The notes beneath the pieces are model-generated. The model saw only the letters and a program-made list of their open reading frames with translations. It had not been told where the DNA came from and ran no database searches. A stretch of 55,673 nucleotides of DNA, counting the filler, from Bipalium vagum (lineage: Eukaryota), in NCBI GenBank assembly GCA_037834085.1. It is 3 parts of 3 records of this genome, joined end to end, with 100 filler letters (N's around TTAATTAATTAA, not from the genome) between each part and the next. Parts side by side here need not be neighbours in the genome. Positions count along the whole stretch, not along the records: positions 1 to 15,818 come from JBBMKC010144271.1; positions 15,919 to 32,941 come from JBBMKC010082134.1; 1 more part is not named here. One strand, written 5' to 3'. How positions within the stretch are numbered: position 1 is the first letter of the stretch; each line of letters starts with the position of its first letter. Of this stretch, positions 12,341-24,816 are shown piece by piece. The position numbers and the translations under genes are program-made.

Positions 12341-15300
12341 ATGATGGAAAGCCCTAAATACGAAGAAAACTCCATACTTACAAGGTTGGATGCGATGGAG
12401 GCAAAAATTGCTTTCATTTGCGAAAACTTTCGGCAAACCGAACTTAGCGGACAGGAGAAACTTTCAAGTCACAAGATCTAAAGATGAAAACGAATTTCAG
12501 CAAATAAGTACAGATGCAGATACAAGGGGGGCTTGCCAACAGGTAACAGAGGATCCAATGAAGAACAAGCTACCTCCGGATAAAGGAAAAGGATTCACTA
12601 TTAGGCAACTGAACAAGAAGGAATTCGACTCCCTTATGACGTTTTTACAAAATCTGAGAAACTTGAAGAAAATAAAAAATCAAGATGAACAGAGGAAAGA
12701 GATTAACAACACTTTGAATAAAACGAAAGGAATTAATGCAATATTAAAAATCTAAAATTGCATGAACGTGTTCTTTAAACATGGAAAATATTTGGTAAAA
12801 TTAAACGAGAAAGCAAAAGTTAATGTTACCATTAAAAAAGTAAATGAGAAAGGGGAAAACAATAATGAAAAATTAGTCAAAAAGAACGTCATTTCAGCTG
12901 TTGAGGAAACTGATACTGAAAGTGTAGGATTGTCTAGAAACCTCAAAGATGATGAATTCAGAAAATTAATCAGACAATGTCCTGAACTGGTGAAAATCTG
13001 GAAGTCCAGTTTAAATATAACTATGAAAGGAGAAAGGATCAACGTCGTCTTAAAACAGCTAGAGAATCCTTGCAAAACCGTTGCAAGCGAAGATTTTAAG
13101 AAAATAATATTTAAAAATCAAAAATACTATGGAATCATTGATCGGAAAAACAGAACAACAAGCCAGCCAAGAACTGTCTCACGATCATATGAATTATTTC
13201 AAGGGGGTTTTTTGAGTGGACATATTAATCAAGAAACTTATATTGTAGCCCCACCAAACCTACAGAAACTGCTGCTGATCAACTGTCCAGAATTAGCGGA
13301 AGCAAAGCTGTTACCAAATGAAGCAGAAAGAAGAACCAGGTGTAATGAATTACTGAAAATGACCTGTAGAGGGAATAGGATTCCTAACATCCTGAACAAA
13401 CTTAAAATAAAATATGAAAATGACAAAATCTTGTGCCTGGACCCTAACCTTGTGGAAAGAAGCACTAACCAATGCTACAAGAAAATTAGCAGCAATGAAC
13501 TACTGACTCACTTCGGAAAATTTCCAAAGATTGTGGAGAATATCCTTATTTCCGAAAATAAAGAATCAGTCAAAATAATTATGGAGAAATTGAAAGAGGA
13601 AAACCGCTTCCCACAAGAAATATACTTCAAAGACGGCTGCTTTCAGAAGCTGATTGCGAACAGCGAAGGGAAAAAAATGGAGAACAGTGACGATCTATTC
13701 GTCAAACTGGAAGAGATAGACTTGTCATATTTTATCAAAATCAATCCAGAACTTCGAAATTTAATAATAAGTGAATCAAGCAATTTGAGGATCGTAGAAA
13801 TTATCTGCTTCCTCAACAAGCTATATCTATCGAGGAACCTTTCAAAAATGAGAAGCCTTACAGACAAGAAAAGAGCACTAAACCTTGTTAGAAATGTTGG
13901 AATCATCACTTCCATAATCGGCTCAGAAGAGAAAATTGATGAAAACAACTTTGAATCTTTGAGTAGCGAAATCGCAAACTCACTACCAGACAACAGCAAA
14001 ATAAGAATAAAGTGCCAGAACTGGATTACGCACTACAAGAGGCTAAAACTGGTAAAAAATATGAACAAGCTGAATGGTGTGATCTCTGAGGACCTGATAG
14101 TCAAATTAAACGGACTATACAACCTGATTAATAACAGTGGATTATCATTAAAACAGAAAAAAGACTTCATTGCAAGCTTAAGAAAAAAGATTAACCAGGT
14201 AGCAAGAAACAGCAAAAGCAGCCATGAAACAAAAACTTTTCTACTGGATAGATTAAAAGTAAAAGAAGAACCCCTAAACTGGAATGGGAAATACTGGATT
14301 TCGAAAACGTGCACACTGATATGTCCACCGAAAACTGAGTTAGTATGCCTGGAAATTATCGAAAATATTTCCAAAGAAGAAATTCGAAGCATAATTGCTA
14401 TGGCCCCACTTAATAACAAAAGTCAAAAATTGAAGGACAATCAACCAATGCCATCTTTTGATCGATATAATGCGCCGCTACGCGACGCATTGTGCGATGC
14501 GTCTCCAACATCGTTGTCCGCAGAAAAAGTTATGACAGTGTTTCAAAAAAGAAAAATCACAATCGAACCAGACCAACAGATAATGGCATCATCATCTCAA
14601 AAAGCTTATCGAACTAACTCTGGCAATAATCTTCACCATATTATAAACCAGATGAAACTTGAATTATTGAACTCAACTCAAGCTATCGAGCTCATAAAGC
14701 AATCAATTAAGCAACAAGATCAGCCAAACATTAAGTCTCCGATCAATATTTTTCGAAACCGACAGGCTCCAGACTTCAAAATTCGGGATATTTTCAATGA
14801 AAACCCGAAAAAAGCATACGATCAAATTATTGGAATCTCAGAACCGGCTAGCAGTCCATGCAAACGAGATATCGAACAGTATTTTCAATCAAAAATCACC
14901 AGTGCAGCCTTTCCTTCTCATATTGCGGATCTGCCAAGTATGCATGAGTCTTTTTCATATTCTCCAATTACTTTCGACGAAATTGAAAAAGCCTTCAAGT
15001 GCGGCACAAATTCAGCGCCCGGAACTGATACGATCAAATATTCCGACCGGAAAACAATTGATCCCGACTTTCAATTTTTGCTTCACTTCTTTAATCACAT
15101 TTTGGTGACCAGGGATGTACCTGACCAATGGAGACTTTTCAAGACACTTAATAATCAAACCGAATAAAATAGACCAATCCGGTGACTTATCATCATGGAG
15201 GCCAATTGCAATTTTGGATACTTCATATCGAATTTTTGCTAGAATCCTGAACTTCAGACTTCTAGATTGGATCAAAATGGGAAACCTTCTTTCGCCAATG

Positions 15301-15760
15301 CAGAAAGGCATACTACATGCAGACGGTTGCAGCGAACATAACAGCATCATTATGACCCTTAATGAATCAGTGAAAAGGGAAAACTATAAAAAGAAAAATA
15401 AACCGGGAAATCTGCACTTATGTTTTCTCGACTTGGCTGATGCCTTCAGATCTGTACCGCATGATCTTTTATGGATTACACTTAGACTAATGGGCCTACA
15501 AGAAGATAAAGGATCTGTATAGTAACAGCAGTACAATGTACCTGTGCAATCATATAACCACGGATCCCATTGATATTACAAGAGGGGTAAAACAAGGGTG
15601 CCTCTATCGATGACACTTTTTTGTCTGTCGATAGATTTCATATTTCGAAAACTCGACCAATCAAACTATGGCTTTCCGATCTGTAACAAGAAAATTTTGG
15701 CACTAGCTTCTGCGGATGACATAGTCTTTATTTCAAATACATGTTGGATTTACCAAGACA
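12341..15760 (+). mobile_element. Non-LTR retrotransposon of the RLE type (NeSL/Utopia/R2-like); long N-terminal region plus reverse transcriptase, truncated at the contig end
   Basis: RT motifs SAPGTD, WRPIAILDTSYRIFARILNFRL, QKGILHADGCSEHN, FLDLADAFRSVPH, RGVKQGCPLS, SADDIV. ORFs 12390 and 12762 share a frame split by one TAA; frameshifts near 12480, 15155 and 15515-15600. No APE domain is recognisable upstream. Confidence 0.9.
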
Positions 15761-15818
15761 CCCCCCGGGGAAAAATAAATAATAAAAACTATAAATAATG
15801 TATAAATAATAATAATAA

Positions 15819-15918
15819 NNNNNNNNNNNNNNNNNNNNNNNNNNNNNNNNNNNNNNNNNNNNTTAATTAATTAANNNNNNNNNNNNNNNNNNNNNNNNNN
15901 NNNNNNNNNNNNNNNNNN
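15819..15918. other. Artificial scaffold gap spacer N44-TTAATTAATTAA-N44
   Basis: Exactly 100 bp; the 12-mer gives stops in all six frames; identical copy at 32942-33041. Confidence 0.97.
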
Positions 15919-16520
15919 ATACCGATATACTGGTTTCATCGGTCGTGCAGCTGAATATAGATGCTATATTGAAAAAATTGATTTTTGGGGGTACCGATTG
16001 TCGGATATCATTACTATGAACGAAACGGCAATTTATGTAGGCCAGCCTACTCAAAGCACACTAACTCTGAAAGGTGCAATTTCGGCTTAGCGATAAGAAT
16101 GGATGGTTTGAAAATCGTTCCATTTATTATTGCTAAAGTAACCAGGGAGACAGTAGAGCTAGTTAATGAAATTTGCATTCTGAAAAGTCCGAAAGGATAC
16201 TGCATCCAAAATATCATCAAAAAGTGGATTTATGTCAGAAGGGATTTATAATTTTAGATTCATACATTATACACTGATCTTTAGCGATGAGGAAGTTTTT
16301 GAGAGGACGGAAAATTTGTTTACTAAAAAGGCTATTAAAAGTTTCTTAACGAAGGAGATAAATAATTTTATTGAAAAAAACATCCAAAATAAATGGGGGT
16401 AATTATGTGAAGCCCAATATTCAAGAAGTGGCAAATGGGGTAAAGAATTTATGGGATCAAATCACTATAAGTATAGTTCAGAATGCGCTACGCACAAGTT
16501 ATCTTCTTCTTTAGAAGCAG
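15919..16520 (+). mobile_element. pogo-family (DDE_1) transposase remnant
   Basis: LSDIITMNETAIYVG.P..T...GA (NMDET motif), LAIRMDGLKIVPFIIAK, and KAIKSFL..EIN..GNYVKP.IQEVANGVKNLWDQIT..VQNAL. Confidence 0.7.
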
Positions 16521-16643
16521 TTCAATGAAATGTTTTTACTAAGTATGAGAGACTTGGTGACAGAAAACAATAACAGTGTACATGTCAATTCGGAAAACTG
16601 ATAAAAATGTAACGGAAGAGGATTAAATTTACATTGGCTAATA

Positions 16644-17130
16644 TTAGGTGTACAACTATGACTCCGGCTTTTTTTTAAAATGATAAAAACAATTTTTTTG
16701 CATATATATCTAAATTATATTGAATTGATTTATAAACAAAAATATCATATAATTAATAATATCACGAGACAGTTGTTTTAATATTCCTTGTTTAAATATT
16801 AAAGTGATTCAAAATGTCAATATTCATCCTAAATAAACGACATTGGCGGGAAGTAATTCAACATTACTTTATTGTCAAGAAAACTGCAGCGGAAACGTTC
16901 CGTTTGCTTTGAGATACCTATGGAGAACGTGCTCTTTCGATGACCACGTGTAAAGATTGGTTTTGCCGTTTTAGAATGGCCAATACGATACGAACGACAA
17001 GGAGCATGGGAAGCCACAAAAAACAATGGGAAGATAGAGATTTGAGAAGGCTGTTGGACGAAGACCCATATCAAACACAATCTGATCTGGCTGTCACATT
17101 AAATCCGAACTATCACTAATCAATTTTCGT
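16644..17130 (+). mobile_element. mariner (mauritiana/Mos1-like) 5' fragment
   Basis: TA-TTAGGTGTACAACTATG TIR; ATG at 16814 gives MSIFILNKRHWREVIQHYFIVKKTAAETFRLL*DTYGERALSMTTCKDWFCRFR, close to the Mos1 N-terminus. Confidence 0.88.
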
Positions 17131-18419
17131 CATCTGACATTATTCTAATTAAAGAATTGTCTTCAGGTTACTTTAATTAAAATCTTTATAATTAAAACGT
17201 ATAGACAAACAAAAAATTTTTAAAATCACTTAAAATGAAACCAATTTGAAAAATTATTAAAAAAATTTTTGAACAAATACAATATTGATTTTTTAAGTTT
17301 TTATGGTAATAATTTTTAATTATTAGAAAAGGAGACAGATGGAAAGAGCCATTTTATAACAATGTTATTATTATCTATTTAACAAACTTGTTCACGTCTG
17401 TCGGTGTGAATTGTAATATTAGAATATTAAAATGGAGATTAATTAGAATTATTTCAAAGCGGAAGAGTGATTGTTCGGAGAAATGTGGCTTTGAAATGAT
17501 ATCTTCTGGATGATCGAAGTATGGAATCCCGATTTGAAATATAATAAATAATTCTTAAAGCCTAAACCATAAACGTTAAAAATAACGATATCCTTCACTG
17601 TGGTATAACTTAGTCAAGGTCGAAAATATGAAAGAAAATGAAGTACCATTTAAGCGTGGAGAAAAATCGAAAATTGTTAATTTTTCTCTATTATACATTA
17701 TATTATGCAGCGATTTAATTTATTTTTTAAGAAAATTAATAAGCAGTGATTTTTACTATTGTATAGTCCCCCTCAAAAGTTTTTTTGCACCAATGTAAAT
17801 TTATAAGTCGATATGTATTTTTAGTTTGTCAATTTGTTTAAATAATGTAAATAATATTTTTTAAAAAGTGAAAAAAATTATATTAAATCTATTAAACACA
17901 TTAAATAAACAAATGAAAAGAATTTTACAATGGATAGTAACAAAACCAATGGAATTTTGTTTAAATGGACACATGTTCAATAATGAATCAATCTTTTATA
18001 CATCTAATCATAGTTGATCTCAATGAATTAAGCTTAAGTCTTTTTTGTACTAAGAATGTTATTCAATATGGTGTGCAAATCGAAGTTTGAATTGCTTTTC
18101 ACGATTTTGTGTAGCAATTTTGAAACGAAAACAGGGGACGTTAAATTATGCAACCTATAAAAACATGATTGTCAATGAGATTGATGATCTAGTTTCAAAG
18201 TTCTTGATCTACCTCTGGTTAGATTTATATTACAGCATGAAAAATTTATTTTTAAATGGGTTTGAGAATCAATGAAGTGACGTAGCTATTACAATATAAA
18301 CAAAAAATACAATTTGGTGTTACGGAAAAGTTATTTTGATATATGTACAATATGTTATGTTTTAAATTTAGTGGACTTGTAAAGATCTTGTGCAAAAATT
18401 CCTAAATCTTATTAAGAGG

Positions 18420-18750
18420 AATACCTTCTTTTAAATCACCTTTCCTTGTTGTTCGTAGTAAGATTATAAGGCGCCCATTTGACAACTTTCTGAATACTTC
18501 ATAGGTGTTTGCGTCAGCGAGATATTACCTGCTTCATACATTGATTTATGTCAAACTATTTCGCAAGGTCTTCATTTGCAATATATTTTTGATTGATCAG
18601 ATTATTCAGCATCTGAAAGATCAATTTCTGCTTCTGAATCGGTTAGACCATCTCTTTGATATTTTATAATTCTCTGTGCTTTCGACAAAAACAGAAATAA
18701 ATATATCTTTAACTTCATATGCTATTTTCTTCAGTAAGAGATAAATAATA
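18420..18750 (-). mobile_element. Highly degraded mariner N-terminal fragment
   Basis: Minus translation includes EDLAK*FDI and QKVVKWAPYNLTTNNKER (WVPHEL-type linker motif). Confidence 0.45.
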
Positions 18751-18943
18751 ATTAATGCTTTGTATTCAGTTTTTGGATATCATTTGAATTTAAGTTATTT
18801 TTTTGAAATATTAAAACAAAAAAATCATATATATAAGAATTAGTCATTATCTTTAATTTTAAATTTAATCACAAAAAATATCGATTAGATTGTGAGGCGG
18901 TTTACAAAATAGTTACCTTCTCAACTCAAACGTAGTAATTTGA

Positions 18944-19081
18944 TTAAAGTATAAAATGACAAACTGTTAGCCTTATGTATAAAAAGTAATATTGTGCATA
19001 TGACCGCGCTCACTAAGATTACGAGGCGGTTATACATTTCTTAAAATTGTTAAAGTATAAAATGACAAACTGTTAGCCTTA
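18944..19081 (+). repeat. 32-bp direct repeat flanking a 74-bp copy of sequence from 360 bp downstream
   Basis: TTAAAGTATAAAATGACAAACTGTTAGCCTTA at 18944-18975 and 19050-19081; the insert matches 19336-19409 with 2 mismatches. Confidence 0.93.
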
Positions 19082-19227
19082 AATAAACTCGAAAAATCAA
19101 GTTATGAAAATTCTTAAAGAAAATGATATTAAAGATGACTATCATCTGTAAAACGAATAGCGTTCTATTAAATTCAATAACATTTCCTGACTTCTCTATA
19201 TTGATCACTATTGTGCTTCATTTACTA

Positions 19228-20444
19228 TAGGATGTTCCATAAGTAACGCCGAATTTAAAAAGTTAATAAATACGTCAAAAATCCATAAAAAAATATATTT
19301 TTTACTTAGCCATAATCAGGAATATTTCCCATTTATGTATAAAATGTAATATTGGGCATATGACCGCGCTCACTAAGATTACGAGGCGGTTATACATTTC
19401 TTAAAATTGTTAATAACAGTTTCACAGATATTTGGTCCAATATCTCCTTTCAGATTTATGATTTCGGTTTTGAATTACATAAAGGTGACTAGTTTATTAG
19501 AGTACACATTTGATTTCACATTCCCCTATAAGAAGAAATCACAGGATGTGAGATCGCATGACCTAGGCGGTCATTCCTCGTTACTCTCAAGGAAATCAGG
19601 GATTTTTTGCCTAACAAGGCAATAGTCTCACGCGAATTGTGACAAGTCGTTCCATCTTGCTGAAACCAGAGATTACCAATTGCCATTTTGTCTATGATAT
19701 GCAACAACTACTTCGATAGCATAGAACAGTAACGTTATTCCATTAACAATAGCTGCACTCCCCTCATCATCTTTAGAGTAAAATGACCCTATAAAACCAC
19801 GCACCTGTTCACGCTCATGGATTATTTCAGGATTTTTATGTCCCGAAATTCAGCAGTTCTGTCTGTTAACAAGTCCAATCAAATGAAATTGGGCTTCATC
19901 ACTGTAAATGATTTTCTTTGCGAAATCCTTGTCATCAACGAGTCTTTGTAAAGCCCAGTCAAATCCGCTTTTTATGATCTAACAATTTAATCCTTTGCAT
20001 GACCTGGATCTTGTAAGCATGCATATGCAGATCTTTACTTTAAATTCAATGTCACGAAGTTGCCAAAATATGCAGTTCTTGGCAAGGCTAACGAATAACC
20101 CCGGCCCAAAATTGATCGAAGTTTTCGAACTTTCTGGTTGGGGCTCTCATTATTTTGATAACAGACTTTATCAATAAGAACACACTGTTCTATGGTTAAT
20201 TTCTGCATCTAAAATAAAATTTAAAATCGGGTTAACTATTTATAAATAATAATTTTGAATAATTAAAACAAAAATAATTATTTCTTTGTATATATAATAA
20301 ATAATAAATAAATGGGAAATGCTCCTGATTATGCTTATGTAAAAATTAATTTATTTTATGGATGTTTGACTTATTTATATGATTCTTGCTTAATAATTCT
20401 AAATATTAACTTTTTAAATTCGGCGTTACTTATAGAACACTCTA
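19228..20444 (-). mobile_element. rosa/DD41D-like Tc1/mariner element with intact TIRs, degraded transposase
   Basis: ~40-bp TIRs (..TGTTC(C/T)ATAAGTAACGCCGAATTTAAAAAGTTAATA) with TA flanks. Minus translation IIYSDEAQFHLIGLVNRQNC, WFQQDGTTCH, *PPRSCDLTSCDFFL. Confidence 0.9.
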
Positions 20445-21112
20445 TAGTATGATCTTAAAGATTTTTGAAATAGTCTAAATTCTTTCTTGAATTTCTCTGT
20501 GAATTTATAAAAAATATAACAGATGGGCATTGATAAGCTAAGACGATCAAACAATAAAAAAGACTTCCCTATTATTACATATTCTCAATATCATTTTCCA
20601 AATTTCAAACTGGTTCAGTGTATATTTCATTTGTGAACATCTAAATTAAACTCTCCATCTGTGATTTCTTCCGCCTCATCGATATTCGTTTCTGGTTGAA
20701 AGGTTTCCTTTATCGATATTTATTATTGGAATTTAGATTTATTATTCTTACTATGAAATATTTCTTTGCAATACTTTTGATTGATAGGTTCAATAACACA
20801 GAGTCTTTATTAAGTTTACTTATTTTTTGATTGATAAGCTTATATGTTATACTTTTATATATATTGATGTCTGGTATATTTATAAATAATAATCAATAGG
20901 TCCCATGTAAATAATGATGAGATAATTAAAAAGAGAGAAAATATTTGAAAATATGAAAATTTTGATAGATGAAGTTTTATCAATATAAAATATAAATACT
21001 CGTTAATGGCTCCAATTTCACTGCGAAGACTCCTTTTCATTAAACAGAACAATCTTCATAAAGGTGGAGAGAACAGGAAAAACATAATCAAAGAACATCC
21101 CAAAGACACATA

Positions 21113-22389
21113 CCGGGTGCATCGTATAATCGCGGACTATTTTGAATCATTCAACCTAATCAAACCGAAAAACAGATCTGCCTATTTGTTGATATTTTTG
21201 TGTTGATTGGAATTTGATATTTAATTGATGAAAAAAACTTTTATAGATTTCATATTTTAGATGAACATAAACGACAAAAGGCAAAAAGCGTTAGTTGTTT
21301 TACTCCACGCAAAAAAATCTGTAAATGAGATTATGGATATATTAAAAGTCTCAAAAACAATTATCTATAAAATTAAATAAAACCTGGAAAACTACGGCAG
21401 CGCCTTGAAGCCCAGAAAAGCACGAAAAAGGACAGAAAGAACAAAAAAATTGATTGAAAAAGTCAAAAACAGGATAAGTTATAATCCTGTGAGGTCAATG
21501 CGCAAAATTTCCAATGAAATGAGTATTTCAGAACCTACAATGAGAAGAATTATTAAAGAAGACCTTAATTCAAAGTCAAGAGCAATAAGGAAATGCCAGT
21601 TGCTAACTAATTCACTCAAAGTGTCCAGATTAGAGAAAGGTAAGAAAATCAGGTCAATGATGAAAAAAATAAAAGGGGAAATCTTGCTCTATTCTGATGA
21701 GAAATATTTCACTCTTGACAAAGTTCAAAACAGTAGAAATGATAGGTACATCACAGATATGCCTGTGAAAAATGTCCTAGATCACATTAAAAGCATTGCC
21801 AGGTCAAAATATCCCAGCCATATGATGGTTTTTGGACTGGTGTCATCAGATGGTAAAAAAATTGTAAAAAAAACAAAGATTTTAAATTAAATACTGAAGG
21901 TTATCTGAAGATTTTACAAGAAAATGTTCTCCCATATTCTCCCAACTATGACGACATGGGAAAAATCATTTTTACTCAAGATGGAGCTCCATGTCATACC
22001 TCAAAGGCAACCCAAGCGTGCCTCAAAGAAAATATGAAATTCTGGGATAAATCAATATGGCCCCTAGCTCACTTGATATTAATCCTCAAGATTTCTCAAT
22101 ATGGCTTCTGTTCAGACAGAGGCCTCCAAAGTACAGCACCTAATTTGGTCTCTAAAGAAAGCTGTAACGAAGGCATGGAGCAATCTATCTCAGGAGTACA
22201 TTCTCAAGATTTGCTCCAGATTCAGGTCCAGGGTTCAGGCCGTAATTGATGTTGATGGAGGTCTTTTTGAATACTTGTTTTATGTATGTATAATGTAATA
22301 AAATATATGTTCATATTTAGTTCTCAATAAAATTTTACTTCATAAATTTAATTTTTATATTTGTGCATTTATTATACCGATGCACCCGG
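21113..22389 (+). mobile_element. Full-length maT-like (DD37D-family) element, frameshifted
   Basis: TA-CCGGGTGCATCG..TATAAT TIRs at both ends. ORFs NPVRSMRKI, LLYSDEKYFTL..NSRNDR, MMVFGLVSSDGKK, FTQDGAPCHTS, WP.SS.DINPQDFSIW. Confidence 0.92.
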
Positions 22390-22958
22390 TATAACATTAA
22401 TTGTTGACCTGAATATGAATTAGAATCAGTAATGTATAAATAATGGCACCCTACCCTTGACCCTTATTTATTTTTTTTAAAAACGCACCTGTATAATGGC
22501 TCTTTTTTCTCTTTTTGACATCATTTACATGATTTTTCTCATTTTAAAAACATTAAAAAATTAAAATTTTCAGTTTTTCAAAACTTTTTTTGGGCCACTT
22601 TTTCCATCAAAAATAACTTTTTTACCATTTTTCACATTTTAAAAAGTAGAAAAAATCAAATTTTCAGTTTTAAAAAGTCGCTTTTTGGCTAATATTTTCA
22701 ATAAAAATATTGGAATAAAAGATTTTCTAATTTTAAAAGTTTACAAATTAAATTTTTATTTTAAAAAAAGGTAGAAAAATGGTATTTTGGATTTTGTGAA
22801 AAGCATTTTTAAAAAAATAAAAGTCATCATGAAGATACAATAAAACATGAAAAAATATTCAACGAAAACAACGAAAAAACAACAAATAAAAGTACAAATA
22901 AAAAAAGTAAAATTAAAACAACGACCAAAAGTATGAATGAAAATATACGATTAAAATT

Positions 22959-23540
22959 GCATTTCCTTTAAAAGATAAAGTAAGAAATTCTGTTACAAAT
23001 ACTTTTGATGAAATATTTGGAAAACATCAAAGAATCAAAGAATGGGTTGACAAAGAAGCAGATTTTAAAACATTTTGCGATGAAAATAAAATTGAAATTT
23101 ATTCAACAGAAATGAAAGAAAAGCTGTTGTTATTGAAAGATTGAATAAAACTCTAAAAAAATTAATGTTTAAAAAATTTACAGAACAAGGAAATAGAAAA
23201 TGGATTCATTTATTACCAAATTTAATAAATTTTTATTATTCGAAAATTCATTTGTCAAATGAAATTTCTCCTCAAAAAACTTCCAAAAATCCTGAAAAAT
23301 TAAAAACGAAAAAAAAATAATATTTAAAAATAAATACCTAACAAAAGTTTCATATTAGTGATAAAGCAAGAATTTTTAAATATAAAAATAAATTTGCAAA
23401 AAGATATACTGCAAAATGGACTGATGAAATTTATATAATAAATAAAATCATTATTTAAAATCAATCGTTCATGGAATTATGGATAAAAATTGTAAAGATT
23501 TTTGATTTTTTGAAAATGAGTTACAAAAAACTTTTGATTT
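22959..23540 (+). pseudogene. Polinton retroviral-like (c-)integrase, degraded
   Basis: AFPLKDK..WVDKEADF.KTFCDENKIEIYSTE..KAVVIERLNKTLK.LMFKKFTEQGNRKWIHLLPNLINFY..KIH, then KFHISDKARIFKYKNKFAKRYTAKWTDEIYII and FENELQK. Confidence 0.88.
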
Positions 23541-24369
23541 AATTATTTGTCAATTATAATAAAATATATCATAAAATTGAAAACAAGTTTAAACTGCTGA
23601 ATAAATTTTTTATTATAATTTTATTTAACCAACTGAATTCTTCAGAAAAAAATCACAAAAAAATATATTTGTTAATATTCACAACTTCTGAAATATTTTG
23701 TGAAAGTTTTGTGAGTAATTTTGTTAATTTTTTCATCAACAACACTATTATATTTAGTCTTTTGTTAAAATATTGATTTAATGCCACACTATGCCACACT
23801 CTGAAAAACAATTATTGGAAAGGATAGAAACATCAAATAATAATATTAAAGTTTCTTTGGACCAAATAAATAAATATTTGCAATCTTCTTCTTTAAAAAA
23901 GGAGGAAATGACTCTTTCACTTCTTCCAATGTTCGAAACAACTGGTATACCTACTGCTTTAATCGTATTAGAAAACTCAAAAAGTATATTAGAATAAATG
24001 CAAAAAATTATTAAATGAAGAAGAAAAAAGAAGAAAACAATGCTTTATATTCGCATGTTTCAAAAAAAATGAAATATAAGAAAATCATCAAATCAAATTA
24101 AAAATACTTAATGAAGAAATTCCTTGTAAAATGCCTAAGACCATATCTTACGAAGAATCAAGTTCTCATAATAACTTCAAGTTTTTCATCTTAGTTACAT
24201 TTATATTTTCTTCTTAGTTATATTTTTAAATTGTATTTAAATAATACTTTTGTCTTTGTTTTTTATTAATTTACAAATTATAGTCCTTAAAATTATTTTT
24301 ATAAATTTTCTAAATTTTTTTTTAAAAAAAATATTTTAAAAATTTGAAAATTTTTTATTAAAAAAATAA

Positions 24370-24760
24370 ATGACGGAAATAACAGAAGAGAAATTAAAAA
24401 TATTATAGAAATAGGAAAACCAAAATAAATAACTTTTAATGGTGAGAAATATTATTTATCTAAAAAAATAATTAATGAAGTAAAAGAAAAAGTTGAACAA
24501 GAGGAAATAAAAGATGTAGGAATTTTACCAATTTCAATTTTAGGACCTATCTTTGCAGGTTTGTGTGCTGCAGGTTTGTGTGCTGCAGGAGGTGTTGCAG
24601 GAAGCGTGGCTACATCTGTTCAAAAAGCAAAAAAAATCCCAAAAAACAGATTTAGTGAAAGAAAAATTAAACATGAAAATTGAAAAACTTAAACTGCAGA
24701 GGAACAAAAATCTGGAACAGGTTTATATTTTGATCTTTATTTTAGAAAAGGTTTTAGAGA
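24370..24760 (+). pseudogene. Polinton/adintovirus pX/pVI-like core or membrane-active peptide remnant
   Basis: DVGILPISILGPIFAGLCAAGLCAAGGVAGSVATSVQKAKK followed by KSGTGLYF resembles GGxLP-type hydrophobic peptides with GxG adenain-type sites. Confidence 0.6.
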
Positions 24761-24816
24761 TTTTAAGAGATATTAACGAAGTCCTTATGAAAACATGCTT
24801 GAATTTTTCTGTAAAT

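Noticed and set aside
12752-15350. Several 75-128 aa minus-strand ORFs
   Set aside because: Antisense shadows of the A-rich LINE ORF with no motifs.
15863-15874. TTAATTAATTAA as a piggyBac TTAA target or biological palindrome
   Set aside because: It sits centrally in two identical 100-bp N spacers, so it is an assembly linker.
15985-16251. Penelope-like RT thumb or GIY-YIG reading (ERNGNL..YSK.TNS, IYVGQ)
   Set aside because: The alternative frames give a coherent ordered pogo DDE motif series, which explains the region better.
17760-18290. Possible Tc1 DDE fragment and TIR
   Set aside because: Motifs (GTLN..YK, ILQHEN) too eroded to call confidently.
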